Of a DNA stretch of 64,000 nt, positions 1 to 13,688 are shown piece after piece. Position numbers and translations under genes: made by a program. Source of the stretch: Squalus acanthias (taxonomy: Eukaryota); assembly GCA_030390025.1 (NCBI GenBank), contig CM059431.1, forward strand, positions 119,910,001 to 119,974,000. Direction: 5' to 3'. The notes beneath the pieces were generated by a model. It searched no databases. It saw only the letters and a list, made by a program, of their open reading frames with translations, and was not told where the DNA came from. How positions within the stretch are numbered: the stretch's first letter is position 1; every line of letters starts with the position of its first letter.

Positions 1-419
1 ATTTCAGTGTTTGTTCAATTTATTTTTTTTAAGTTTAATTTTGAAGCCAACCAATTAACTTACTTGTGTTTTTTTGGCACTTATCATAAATCATCACACT
101 CTTCTCTGCCACAAAGCTTCACATGCCTAGGCATTACTATTGTATTGGCAAGGACAGTAGCATTACAGGACTCTGGCAGGTGTTGACAGAGGAGCAGATG
201 GGCCTGAAAAAAATATGAATCTGAAAGAAATATTTGGATATTTATAAGTGCAATTATTTGAACTGCAAATTTATCTTTTTAGTAAAAATTTTAAGCAGTG
301 ATTATGTAGAGTATCCCAATAAATATTATGTTGAAACTGTCCTTATCTATGCTATGATAATATATTTGAATAATCCATTTAATAAATACTGTATATATTA
401 TAATGAACCTGCTTGATGA

Positions 420-640
420 TGATGTGCGTGGTCCCTTTAAGAAAACCGGCAGATGGCACGTCATCAAATGATGTCATCAGACCCGCTTCCTGTTAATTGG
501 CCGGCAAGCCCGCAGGATGGTCATAACAAGGTCAATCAAGGTAAAATCACGTCTGTGGAGCAGAGGCAGCTGGGGGCGGGACTGGAAGCCGGAAACCAGC
601 TGTCCCGCACCCATCCAACACCGATGACAAAATGGCAGCC
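420..640. mobile_element. Terminal fragment of the Harbinger-derived non-autonomous family
   Basis: Shares GTCCCTTTAAG.AAACCGGC...ACCCGCTTCCTGTTAATTGGCCGG with 2594-2670, 23487-23560 and 38960-39010. Confidence 0.55.
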
Positions 641-1003
641 ATCTTCTCTACATCTACCCTATCAAACGCCTTCAAAATTTTAAAGACCTCTATTAGGTCA
701 TGAATCTTTGATGCCATCAGATCCTTCCAAGCCAGCTTGGCCAGTATGTCATGCATACCTGAATCAAGGAACTGACTACCGTTATATTTTCCATGGGCAA
801 CACCTTCCTAATTTTTCTGATGGAAAAGTGACATCAGCTGGACAGGGCACATAGCTTGCACTGGATGACAGAAATCCCTCAAGTACAAAGAGTTACACAT
901 GGTAGACCTGTGAGCACTGGGGCTTTCAAGTATATTGCTATACCATGAAATGAAAGGGTTTGCACTTCATTAATGTGCAGGTGGTAACTAATCACAGAAA
1001 TAT

Positions 1004-2805
1004 CAGCCGGAATTTTACCAGCGCTCAGAGTGCGGGCTTGAGGGGGGTCTGCTGTCAAAATCACAAAGATTGACAGCGGGTCACTATCCCACTGTAAACC
1101 CGCCTCCTTGTCAGTTTCCCAAGTGTCGGGTCTGACATCCCTGAACAGACCCAACACCAAGCAGTGGGTCAGCCAATTTAGATACTTAAAAGCTTGTTAA
1201 AAGGTAGTTAAGAAGCATTTTCCCATGAACTTACCATTTTACCAGGTTTTTAACAAGGTTCCTGGAGAGCGGATATCACGCCAGGTATGTAGGTTGGGTG
1301 TTGTGTCGGCATGGAATGATTTACTAACCTGGCAGCTGCAAATGGTCTATGAAAGCTCCCATTTCATAGGCCTTCACTTTCCAAGATAAGAAGCTGTTGC
1401 TTACTGCATTTGAAAGACAGATTGAGCTTTATGCAGGTTGCAAGTGTTTGGAGCAAACACTCTATCCAGTGTCACCTCATTGGAACAATCTCTCTCACCA
1501 TTGACAGATCGCTTCTGTCATCTCATCTTCACCTGCCATCTATTACATCCGCATCGGTGCCCTTGAAAAAATCTCACCTTGGTCCTCAGAATCCCAACAT
1601 GATCAGCCCCAACATCAGCATCACCGGGCACACCAGCAACACCAACATCACCAACAACAATACCAACCTTCTCCGCAATCAACTGATGCTGCACAGGACA
1701 CAGGGTATCTTCACCCGAGAACATTGCTGTTCGGGACGCCAGGGATGGCCTCAACATGTCCAGATTTACTTCATTTAACACTGTACATCCTGGCTGCCAC
1801 ATGATGCACCAGGTTGGCATTACCCCAAGCATCCCTACAATGTCCAAGCCATTCCTTTCACACACATCACCAATGTGGGGGTTGGGGGGGGGGTGGGAGG
1901 GGGAACCGTTATGCCTCACCATTCACTGGAACTCACTAAGACACTTCCAAAGGTGCACACAAATCTGTCCAAGAAGGCAAAGTTTTAAAAATAAAGATTT
2001 CAATGCTTTACAACAAATTAACAGAAACTTTACACAAACATTGACTAAAGCACACGAGTGCCTACCCATGTGTGCTGTTAGTTTGAATGATTGGACAAGG
2101 ATGTGGGTGAGTGTGAGGGGTGGCTAGTGAGATGGGGAAGTGATAACATCGATAGAGTGGAATGGGTGGAGGTGTAACGTAAGTTGGTGTGAGTAAGGAT
2201 GTGCAGGAGTAGAGTAGGGAAGGCAGAGTGATGGGGATGTGATGAGTGGCACAGCAGGATGAGGTTGAGTGTGACTTTGCAGTAACTTTTCGTGATCTAC
2301 TGAGATCATTGAAAGGTTTGCGCCACTGCAGCCTGGTCCTCCTGATAACATCCCTGCTTGTACATTCTGTGTAACGTGCAACCAGGCTGCGTTGGTGTCC
2401 TGGGGAGTTATCTTTGCCCGTAGGAAGGGAAGAGAACCTCTCTGTGTGCTGTGACTCCCTCCATAAGCATATGGAGGGAGTCATGGGAGAGCCTGGGTGC
2501 AGCCGTGCACCTTTGTGCAGTGCTTGTCAGTGTTTGCAGCACCTCAATGCTGCAGAACACTGACAGCACAACTGTCAAAATGCTTGTGGACATGGTCCCT
2601 TTAAGGAAACCGGCTGAGGACGCGTCATCAAGTGACGTCACCAGACCCGCTTCCTGTTAATTGGCCGGGAACCTCGCAGGGCAGGTTTAACAAGCCCCAT
2701 CAACGGAAACTCTTGTTGGATGCCGGGATCTAGACAGATGCGGGGTCCCCATATGCAGTAGACGTCGCCCGCCATGGACCCGCCGAGGTTGGAAAAATCC
2801 AGCCC
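1004..2805. mobile_element. Degenerate PIF/Harbinger element with a Myb/SANT-like ORF remnant on the minus strand
   Basis: TIR-like ends CAGCCGGAATTTT and AAAATCCAGCCC. Minus-strand remnants APRLSHDSL..L..V..HREVLFP and RTRLQWRKPFNDL. Colinear with 17702-23699. Confidence 0.7.
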
Positions 2806-3534
2806 ATCATCATGCATGCCTGTGGCTGTTATACAAGAAGCAGCTATGATGCATTATTTGTAAGAGGAGAAACACTGAGTGGTTGGCTCTTAGGAGCACA
2901 GGGCTTTAATCTACAACCATGGCAGCTGATATCACTGAGCAAAAAAGCAAAACAGCCCAGGGCCACCACAGCATGGGTACCTCAACCTCAGCATTTGTTT
3001 TGGTGATCCTTGGCTGCTCTCTCCAACTTCAAGTTAAGTCTGTCATGCAGCTTAGGCAGGATGAAAGGATGTGCAAATGAGTAATGGCTATGTGCAATAC
3101 TTCATGTGACAGCTCTCAAAGAGTGCAGCAGTTCCCAACTTAGGCTAGAGCCACGGCTGATGTGGTCCACAAGAAAGGTGAGCAAAATGGAGGAATACAA
3201 CTACGTTGCTTACTCCTGATAGCTAGACACGTTTTTTTTATTTGCAGCTAGCTACAAGAGATCTGAACAACTGTGTGGATGCAGTCAGTGACCACTCTAT
3301 GTTGCTCAATTTGGCACAGCCCACTCCTTAAGCTGTGGGGGTAGGTGTGTCCGCACTTTGAGCCTGCAAAGCACATTTTGGCTAGAAGTTACTTTTTTTT
3401 AACGTTATTGATGTAAGAGAGAGTACTGCAAAAATCTACAACAGAGCAGTAACAGATATAGAGCCAATTCTGTAGCCTGGCTACAGAATGGCCCATGCTT
3501 CCAGACACTCCATGGGGGGGTCCCCCTTGGAATT

Positions 3535-6108
3535 GGGAGCTGTAGCATAGTGGTTATGTTACTGGACTAGTAATTCAGAGGCCTGGACTAATAATCCGGA
3601 GACTGTGAGTTCAAATCCCACCATGACAGCTGTGGAGTTCAAATTTGGTCAATTAAGTAAATCTGGAATAAAAAGCTAGTATCAGTAATGGTGACCATAA
3701 AACTACTTGTCGTAAAAAAACATCTGGTTCACAAATGTCCTTTAGGGAAGGAAATCTGCCATCCTTACCTGGCCTATAGGTGACTCCAGACACACAGCAA
3801 TGTGGTTGACTCTTAACTGCCCTCTGAAATGGTCCAGCAAGCGACTCAGTTGTAACTAACCACTACAAGAACTAATAATAAGGCAGCATTTGACCACACA
3901 GTCCTTGTGGAGACGAAGTCCCATCTTTACACTGAGCTCCATCGTGTTGTGTGGCATTACCACCGTGCTAAATAGGATAGATTCAGAACAGATCTAGCAG
4001 CTCAAAGCTGGCCATCCATGAGGCGCTGTGGGCCATCAGCAGCAGCAGAATTGTATTCCACCACAATCTGTAAACTCATGGCCTGACATATCCCTCACTC
4101 TACCATTAACATCAAGCCAGGCGACCAACCCTGACTCAATGAGGAGTGTAGAAGAGCATGCCAGGATAAGCACCAAGCTTACCTAAAAATGAGGTGCCAA
4201 ACTGGGGAAGGACTACATGCATGCTAAACAACGGAAGCAGCATGCTATAGACAGAGCTAAGCAATCCCACAACCAACGGATCACATCAAAGCTCTGCAGT
4301 CCTGCCACATCCAGTCGTGAATGGTGGTGAACCATTAAACAACTGACGGGAGGAGGAGGCTCCATGAACATCCCCATCCTCAATGATGGCGGAGCCCAGC
4401 ACACGAGTGCAAAAGACAAGGCTGAAGCATTTGCAGCCAGAAGTGCCGAGTGGATGATCCATCTCAGCCACCTCCTAAGGTCCCCACCATCACAGAAGCC
4501 AATCATTAGCCAATGCGATTCACTCCACATAATATAAAGACATGGCTGAGCACACTGGATACGGCAAAGGCAATGGGCCCTGAAAATATCACGGCTGTCA
4601 TGCTGAAGAATTGTGCTCCAGAACTAGCTGCACCTCTACCCAAGCTGTTCCAGTACAGCTGCAACACTGGCATCTACCCGACAATGTGGAAAACAGCCCA
4701 GGTATGTCCTGTCCACTAAAAACAGGACAAATCCAATCCAGCCAATTGCTGCCCCATCAGTATACTCTCAAACATTAGCAAAGTGATGGAAGGTGTTGTC
4801 GACAGTGCTTTCAAGTGGCACTTACTCACCAATAACCTGCTCACCAATGGCTCAGTTTGGGTTCCGCCAGGACTACTCGGTTCCAGACCTCATTACAGCC
4901 TTGGTCACAACATGGACAAAATAGCTGAATTCCAGAGGTGAGGTGAGAGTGACTGCCCTTGACATCAAGGCAGCATTTGACCGAGTGTGGCATCAAGGAG
5001 TCCTAGTAAAATTGAAGTTAATGGGAATCAGGGGAAAGACTCTCCACTGGCTGGAGTCATACCTAGCACAAAGGAAGATGGTTGTGGTTGTTGGAGGCCA
5101 ATCATCTCAGCCTCAGGACATCGCTGCAGGAGTTCCTGGGCCTAACTTTCTTCAGCTGCTTCATTAATGACCTTCCCTCCAACATCAGGCCAGAAGTGGG
5201 GATGTTCGCTGATGATTGCATAGTGTTCAGTTCCGTTTCCAACTCCTCAGGTAATGAAGCAGTTAATGCCCGCATGCAGCAAGACCTGGACAACATTCAG
5301 GCTTGGGCTGATAAGGGGCAAGTAACATTCGCGCCACACAAGTGCCAGGCAATGACTATCTCCAATAAGAGAGCATCTAACCACTGCCCCTTGACATTCA
5401 ATGGCATTAACATCGCCGAATCCCCCAACATCAACATCCTGGGGGTCACCATTGACAAGAAACTTAACTGGACCAGCCACATAAATACTGTGGCTAAAAG
5501 AGCAGGTCAGAGGCTAGGTATTCTGTGGTGAGTGTCTCACCTCCTGACTCCCCAAAGCCTTTCCACCATCTACAAGGCACAAGTCAGCAGTGTGATGAAA
5601 TACTCTCCACTTGCCTGAATGAATGCAGCTCCAACAACACTTAAGAAGCCCGATACCATCCAAGACAAAGCAGCCCATTTGATTGGCACCCTTCCACCAC
5701 CTTAAACATTCACTCCCTCCACGACCGGCGTACCGTGGCTGCATTGTGTACCATCTACAAGATGCACTGCAGCAACTCACCAAGGCCTCTTCGGCAGCAC
5801 CTCCCAAACCCTTGACCTCTACCACCTAGAAGGACAAGGGCAGCAGGCGCATGGGAACACCATCACCTGCAAGTTCCCCTCCAAGTCACACACCATCCTG
5901 ACTTGGAAATATATCGCCATTCCTTCATTGTCGCTGGGTCAAAATCCTGAACTCCCTCCCTAACAGCACTATGGGAGTACCTTCACCACGCGGACTGCAG
6001 CGGTTCAAGAAGGCGGCTCACCACCACCTTCTCAAGGGCAATTAGGGATGGGCAATAAATGCTTGCCTTGTCAACGATGCCCACTTCCCAAGAATGAATG
6101 AAAAAAAA
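3535..6108 (+). mobile_element. Non-LTR retrotransposon (CR1-like superclade), internally deleted, with a tRNA-like Pol III head
   Basis: A box TAGCATAGTGG (3543) and B box GTTCAAATCC (3609). Broken RT with KAMGPENI, ALDIKAAFDRVWH, FADD, ILGVTIDKKLNW. 3' end GGGCAATAAATGC...GAATGAATG plus A tail. Confidence 0.85.
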
Positions 6109-6849
6109 GTTGTGCTATTTGAGTGACAGCCTGACTCTGCTGCATTGCACATGGTCAGCTCAATTGCATAATTTTACTAAGATCCCTGCATGGTCTTCCT
6201 GTGCAGTTAGTGTTGAGTTATCTGGGGGATAGCACGGAATTGGTAGCACAGCACTTCTTGAAGGCTGCTGCAACTTTAAAGGGAAGCAGCAATTTTTTAA
6301 GTCTGGTAACATGAATAACGACTGGAGAAGCCTCCATAACTGACACATTCAGTGAAGAAAACCTTGAGGTTTTACTAAAGGCGGTGGCCTTAAGGACAAT
6401 GGCAAATTTTGGACAGAGAAAATTTCTCATAAAAGAACGAAAGTCCAATTTTTGTGGGTATAGTGTTCTTACTGGAGCCTACCCAAATACTAGTTATCTG
6501 CTTCCCTTGGACTGCACATAAACGTCCTGTCCTCATCTCAGAAGGCCCAGGCAGTGCAGCACCTGCAAGAGACACAGGTATTCAAATAAATAAATTTCGT
6601 CATTTTTAAGATGTCAGAATAACCTGCAACCCGAATCCATGTCCCAGCACTGGCCACAGGTCATGTACTATCTGCTCACATTAAAAAATGGCATTAGCAG
6701 GAGGTTTTTTCGCGCTCTTTGAGGCCTGAGTCAGCTAGAATTCTGAGGCACAGGAAGCTTAGTTACTGAGGAAACTTCATTGCTTTGTTGCTATTCTAGA
6801 ACTTAAAAGGGTAGTGTCTGCAAAATTTTGATTGTATGAGGAAAACTGT

Positions 6850-7450
6850 ATGATGGGGGTCCCCCTTGGTACTTGTGCTATTTGGGTGAGGAGGAGGATG
6901 AACAGGAAACTCTTTTGGATGCAAGAGCAATAAGGCAGCACCAAAAAAAGACACCACCAACTGGGAGATACCTTGCTGAGAAGGTTTATAGAGCCCAACA
7001 GACATTGCTGGATCTTTATGAGGAGCAATGCCTTTATCTTCAGCCAATCTACCATGCCAACCTTATATAAAGAAGGGCAAAGATTGAAGAACTGGCTGTT
7101 TGGACACCTTGGAAACCTACTCATACCATGGTCGATAACACTCCTGTAGGCTCCCTCTGATGAAGCATAATAGAGATATAATGCAGCACATGCTTCCACT
7201 AGAGTGATCAACGAGAACACAGTTGGTATTCTGAAGAAGAAGTTTTGAGGCCTGAATTATTCTGGTGTGGCCTGCAATACAATCTGCCAAAGGTATCCAG
7301 GAACATAATAGCCTGCTGTGCGCTCCACAATCTAGCCATTGACAGAGTCATCCACCTGGAGAAGCAAAATGTGGAACAGGTAGAGGAGAAGCAGAAGGAT
7401 TGGGTAGGTGAGGAAGACAAGGCTCCAGACAGACCACAGGGTGGTTAGGC
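6850..7450 (+). pseudogene. Decayed Harbinger (HARBI1-like DDE) transposase fragment
   Basis: Motifs YNAAHASTR..E.TVGILK and LQY...VSRNIIACCALHNLAI with an acidic tail; many stops. Confidence 0.65.
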
Positions 7451-7489
7451 TGCTATTGGCCAAAGCATCCAGAGAAATCTACTCCTGTA

Positions 7490-8280
7490 AACCAGGAAAC
7501 ACGGATGTGTGAGGTCATCCACTTTGGACCTAAGAAAATAGTTCAGAGTATTTTCTAAAAGGTGAGAAGCTAGGATCTATGGAGGAATAGAGAGATTTAG
7601 GGGTCCATGTACAGAAATCATGAAACAATAATGGACAGGTACAAAAATAATTAAAAGGCTAATGCAATGTTGGCCTTTATCTCAAGGGGGCTGGAATACA
7701 AAAGTGGTAGAAGTTATGCTACAGTTGTATAAAGCTCTGGTTAGACCTTATCTGGAATATGGCATTCAGTTCTGGACACAGCACCTCAGGAAGGATATAC
7801 TGGCCTTGGTGGGGGTGCAGCGCAGATTCACCAGAATGATACTGGGGCTAAAAGGGTAAATTATGAGGACAGGTTGCATAGAAAAGCTTTGTATTCCTTT
7901 GAGTATAGAAGATTAAGGGGTGATCTAATTGAGGTTTTTAAGATGGTTAAAGGATTTGATAGGATATATCGAGAAAACTATTTCCTCTGGTGGGGTAGTC
8001 CAGAACAAAATTAGAGCTAGGCTGTTCAGGCATGATGTCAGGAAGCACTTCTGTACACAAATTGTAGTGGAAATCTGGAACTATCTCACCCAAAAAACTG
8101 TTGAGTGTTGGTCAATTGAAAATGTTAAAACTGAGATTGATAGATTTTTATTAGGTAAGGGTATTAAATGATATGGAACCAAGCTGGGCAAATAGAGTTA
8201 AGATACAGATCAGCTGTGATCTAATTGAATGGAAATCTCTCGGGGCTGAATGGCCTACTCCTCTTCCTATGTACCTATGT
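7490..8280 (+). mobile_element. 5'-truncated CR1 LINE, 3' part of ORF2
   Basis: LQLYKALVRPYLEYGIQFW and VRKHFCTQIVV motifs; CR1-type tail CCTATGTACCTATGT. Confidence 0.85.
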
Positions 8281-11200
8281 CTGACCCCTACATTCCATCC
8301 TTCCCTCTTGAACATCCTTTGCAATAAAGATATCACTGAAAAAAATAATCTGAAACCAGCCACAGTCCCTCTCACCATCAGCCTACAACAAATGCTTAAC
8401 AGCTGGTAACATCAAAAGAGTTTTGCACAAAGCATAATGTACAACCAACACATTTATTGCATAGACATCTAATTGTGACTGCCAACTTAATTCTTTTCAC
8501 CATAGTTCTTCTCTTTTCTATCAGTGGCTATCTGTTGTGCACGATTAACTAGTCTGATGATTCATCTATGTGGTTTGCCTAAGGCAGGAACAGGGCAGGG
8601 GGCTGGCAGCTATGTGCCAGTGCCAAGCTCCATGACCTGAGATGGCTCTTAATCTCTGTGTTTCTGCAAGGCCTGAGATGTCTAATCGACCTCAAAAAAG
8701 TGGAGCTGGACAAGGGTTAGCAAGTAGTGGCAAGGGTAAGCAATTACAGATTAGTGGCAGTGCAGCGCACCACCAGGTTGTCATGTAGAATGTGTGAGTA
8801 ATAGAGTTAAGTAGAAATAACAAAGGAAGGGATGTTACCCAAACATTCTGGCCATCAGCATTGCTGCGTCCCCTCTCTCTGCCAAAGTTGTTGATGGCAG
8901 TCTCTTCCATTAGTGTCAGTGATGTAAGAAAACTACTAGGCACTTGGTCTAAGCATTAAACAAAGCTTTAATCAACTGTTTTTCAACATGGAGATCTAGT
9001 TGTGTCCTTTACTAGTTCCTGTTGAGGAATGTCCTAAGCAAGCTGGGCCCATGCCCGAGTATTTATACTCTCCCTGGACAGCGCCACCAGCAGGCCGCCC
9101 AATATTACTTCATACATGAGTGACAAGATTCATGTCAGTCAGCATGTGTATGGAGGTGGGACCTCCTCCTGTTCTTATATTTTTGCTTCTGTTGTGTTCC
9201 AGCTCCTCCAGCAAGAAGAGAGGAAGTAGGTTAGGCTGTACACTGTTGAAAGCTTTTAAAGATGTCTGAGGCAGCCTAGCCTAGTGTGCATGGTGAGAGG
9301 AAGAAACAAGAAGGGAGGCGAATAGGGGGAAGTAGTTGTGAGGGCAGTAGCAGGGCTTGAGTGTGCGAGGAATCTTCAGAACACTGTGGAACGTGGAACA
9401 ACATCAGGGCCCCTTGCATGAGAGTCCCCATAGATAGAAAGCCTGATTCAGTTTTGCTCACCAACACTGTGTTTATTCCTGCTGAAATGTTGGGTTCCAA
9501 TTTACAGGAGGTTCTCAATTCTGGGTACAAAGTCTAGGACATTATCTATTCCCCACCACAGAATAAAAATCCCCTCTTTCTCTGACCATGTACCTGCTGC
9601 ATTTTACCTGGAATAAAAACAGAGACCTCAGAGTCAAACCAGCACCATCCTCCTATTCCTGCACCATCATTCTTCATACCCACACTTGTTTTCTCTATTC
9701 CTTCATCTGCTACTTGGCACAATGGTGTCGCCCTCTTACCACTCTCTCCAAGTCTGATGCTTGTGGTTCTGCTGCCATCTCAGCCATGGCACAGGAGCAG
9801 GAGCCCATTCACAGGGGACAAAACCTTTAATTAAATGTAAAGACCACAGACATGTAAATCAGCTTCTGACATGCATACATTAATTACAAAGGTTACCATA
9901 AGTTATCCGAAGGTGTCCAGATAAAAATCCAAACCCTTTTTCGACAAAAATACAAAGATCTGGCTGCCCATGTACCTACCCCTTCAACTGTACCTACTCC
10001 TGTAATGTTGCTTCTGCTTTAAGTCTGGACAACCATTCTGGGATTTCCATGTTTGTTCCTATTTTATCTTCCTTTATTCCTACTGCTTGTTCTGAGCTTG
10101 TTTCTGTATGTATAAGGTGGCAATATGACAGAGTACAGCCAGACACAGCAATAAAAGACAGATGTCTCCCAAAATTAGAGACTTCATACTGTTGTACCTA
10201 TTGACAATGAGGCTAAATTTCCTTGGCAGTTCTACTGCACTCTTTGGTATCTCTAACGCAAGTCCAACAGAACTGCCCGTAATAAGGATAGGACCCGGAC
10301 ATCTAATAGTTGCTTTAGACCAAAACTAAACCCTCTAATAACTATTGTATCTCAGTCATTGTTCTGTAATTAATTAACAAAATGGCAGCTTTTGGCTTCT
10401 AGTTTTACCATATTGTAGAAGACACAGAACACAATTTCCTTGTGCTGGAGAGGGCAGAAAGCTTGATTTCCGCCTGGGGTAACCCTGGACTTTGAGGTGG
10501 AACCTGGTTACACCAGGATTCCACCCAATTTACCCTGGCCTTTAAATTTCTTTATGCAGGATTGTGGGTAGATCTTCTGGCTGCTGGCCCCTCCCCAACC
10601 CGTCAAGGGGCCATACTGAGAGGGGAATTCCCAGGCTTTCTCAGTAAATTACACCCTTGAAAAGCCTCAGCATAGATCTGGTGTGAGTCCCTTTGAGGCC
10701 CTCTGAAGGCTTCATACCTTAAGCAGACTAGAGTAATCAATCCCAAAGGGGATTGGTTACCTTGTCTGGAGGAAGAATGGCTGAATTTAGAGCCAAAAAC
10801 TGAAGAAATAAGATTTTTTCTTTCAGCCCTGCTCTGCTCCACTTTACTAGGGTGAATTGGGCTAGCTTGAGATGACCACTGCTCATGCATCGTTGCAGGT
10901 GTACATGGCTCATCCAAGCCATGCAAATGACCCTATCCTGAGATTTAGGATGGGCCTCTATTTTGGGGCTAGGGTGGGCAGGGTTCAGCTCCACTGCACT
11001 TGCACTGATGGAACGGACTCCCAGGAATTTCAGGGCTCGTACACTGTTCCAGAGATTATTTCCAACCTGGAGGTACTGGCTTCCAAATTTTATTTTTCAC
11101 ATTCTGTCAAGTTCCTGCCAAGCTGTAATATAATAACATGCTTTCACAAATAAATGAGGCATGAAGAAGCTTTATTCACTTTACAACTCGCAGATGAACA

Positions 11201-11403
11201 AAGCTCAATATAATCAATTTGAGCACATGCCCTTTGGGCAAGTATTCAATAAATTTTTACATGCTCACTTGACTGCTTTACTTTCCCTAATTAATGAGTG
11301 GCTGACGTTATGTATTGTCTTAAATGGCACAAACTTGTACCCATAAACCTTGTTCATGTCTATTCATTTCTGTACTTTCATTCAGTTTTGAATTATTCTG
11401 CAG

Positions 11404-11520
11404 GACAGTTTTGATGATCAGGAACTAACTTATAATTTTGAATGCTTTCCTGTTGGCTCGGGAACCAATGTCCTATACATACTCTTCCCTCTTACTCGTC
11501 AGTACATCGATTGCACTGAG
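11404..11520 (+). other. Candidate host coding exon (117 bp, phase 0-0)
   Basis: TTCTGCAG acceptor, open frame DSFDDQELTYNFECFPVGSGTNVLYILFPLTRQYIDCTE and GAG|GTAAAA donor in non-repeat DNA. Protein not recognised. Confidence 0.3.
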
Positions 11521-12596
11521 GTAAAAATAGCAATGATGGTGACAAACAATTGTTATAATATGTTAAAAAAAATCTGCAGGATGATCATCATGATAATTGT
11601 ATGATTTTACAAGTGCACAAAATCTTGACATGCAGATCTAGGGAGCCAGTTATAAGTCGATAGCAAACATGTTGACACTGTGAAAATGCCAATGGGATGA
11701 TTGCAGGTCTTCCTTCTTCATCTCAGCTCCACAACAGTTTTGCCTACAGAATATTATGTGAATTATCATGTTCCAACAAAATTTGGATCAATAGTAACTA
11801 TTTTTTTTTAATCAAGTACTATGGAGGAATAACCTGACAATCTGCAAAAAGCAATTGAGTCTGAACTGGGTCTCTCTCAACCTGTCATCCCAATTCACTG
11901 CCTACCTACTTTTAATGTATGCCCAGCATTCTAAGAAAACTGTTTTCATCCTGATAGCAGATGTTTTACAATTTTTTTTAAATGAGGATAAACAATCGGT
12001 CTTATTCCTCTGAAAACTAAAAAGAAACGATTGGTCATCATTGGTCAATTTGTATTTTTTTATGTAAGATTTGGGGATTTTGTACATTACTGTTAACAAT
12101 ATTGGCATAAAAACTATTAGTATGTTCATATTCTAATATGTGAAACAATACTTTCTAGGCTCAAATAATGATTGTGATAGAGGACCAAGCAATACTATTT
12201 TGATATAAAAGCTGAAATGAGATGATGGACCTAGTTGTCCTTGTCCCCTATGAGTCTATTCTAGCCACCATCAGCTGCAACCAAAGCTGGTAATGATGAA
12301 GGGACTATGCCAACTGATCTTGAGTACATCTGATCTCAGATTGAAGCTCTAATTATATCAAATATTTAGGTCAAGCAGTGTAAAGGCCTTAAAGCCTTTA
12401 CCTGAAAAGACTTCAGCAAAAAGTAGCTCCGAGATTTGGAAAATTAACAAATGAATCAGGGACAGAAGTTAAACTTTAATTTTGTGATCACTTTCGAAAT
12501 TTTAAAATGATACCCTGGTCTTTGTATTAGGGGAAAACTGAGAAGATAACAGGCTAGCAGAAAACATTAATGTAGGCCAATTGGAAGAGGTCAATA

Positions 12597-12782
12597 TTCT
12601 TCTTCTTCTTAGGCAGACCCTCGGAACCGAGGATGACTTGATTCCACATTAAAAATGAGTTCTCAGGTGACTGATGAGTCCAATGCGGGACCTACAGTCT
12701 CTGTCACAGGTGGGGCAGACGGTGGTTGAAGGGGCGGGTGGGTGGGGTGCTTGGGTTGACGTGCACTCCTTGTGCTGCCTGC
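12597..12782 (-). mobile_element. 3' end of an RTE-type LINE or SINE with a (GAA)n tail
   Basis: TTCTTCTTCTTCTTAGGCAG..CCTCGG...CGAGGATGACTTG tail structure. Confidence 0.5.
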
Positions 12783-12902
12783 ATTATCAATATTATCAAT
12801 ATTATATACAATATTATCAATATTAGCAATATTATATACAATATTATCAATATTAGCAATATTATATACAATATTATCAATATTAGCAATATTATATACA
12901 AT
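12783..12902. repeat. AT-rich 30-bp minisatellite, about 4 copies
   Basis: ATATTATCAATATTAGCAATATTATATACA is exact at 12811, 12841 and 12871, with one variant unit before. Confidence 0.95.
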
Positions 12903-13469
12903 AAGAACGGCCTCAGTGCATGACATCAATCAATGTATTTCAACCAAAATAGTTATCCTTCCAATTAATGCTAGCTGGGTCTCCCTCCAGTGAATATGAG
13001 CTTTTACATTTTAAACCTGCTCGCATGACTAATTAAAATAGTAATAGTTACCTCTGAATTGAGAAATACTTCATTAAAATTATTTGACAATTATTTTATT
13101 ATGCTATTTTCAACAAACAATTTAGCTAATCATCTGTTAAGGACTATACAGGAAATACTGGCATCAAAATTGTGTGACCATTCTGGTGAATCCTGCCCTA
13201 AGTCCAGTGGGAAGCCACCAGAATGGCTGCAACCTCAGTTGAGACTAGGTCCTGGCCTTAACTGCGAGTTTCCAGTATGTCCTTCTCGGGGACAGATTCT
13301 ACATCTGACCCTACAAAGCCATTGATGTAAGGTGAAGCAGGGCTGGGGTGGGTTCTCCCTAAATGGAAATTCCTGTGCTCTAGCCCTCGGTTAGTACCTG
13401 GCATACGATTCCCGCAGGTACACCAGGTTTCAACTGGTCAGGTGGATGTAGAAATCCCAAGTTTTGCAG

Positions 13470-13670
13470 AAGGGTAGGGAGTTCTCCCAGTGTCCTGACC
13501 AACCTTCATCCCTCAAGGAACACCACCAAAACAGATTAACTGGTCATTCATTTCATTGCTGTTTGTAGGACCTTGCGGTTTGTCTACAGTTCAGAAAGCA
13601 GTTCATTGGCTGTGAAGCACTTTGCCATGTGATAGGAGTGATAGTATCAATGCAAATCTTTACAAGTCTT
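13470..13670 (+). mobile_element. DeuSINE-like (SacSINE1/AmnSINE-type) central domain and L2-like tail
   Basis: AAAACAGATTAACTGGTCATT..TTGCTGTTTGT.GGA.CTTGC and TTCATTGGCTGTGAAGCACTTT motifs, recalled from DeuSINEs. Confidence 0.55.
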
Positions 13671-13688
13671 TTATCTGCACCAAATAAT

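Noticed and set aside
3541..3625. Functional tRNA gene
   Set aside because: A and B boxes are present, but no convincing cloverleaf, and it is fused to retroelement sequence.
12663..12993. Hydrophobic or repetitive small ORFs
   Set aside because: Artefacts of the stop-free 30-bp repeat.
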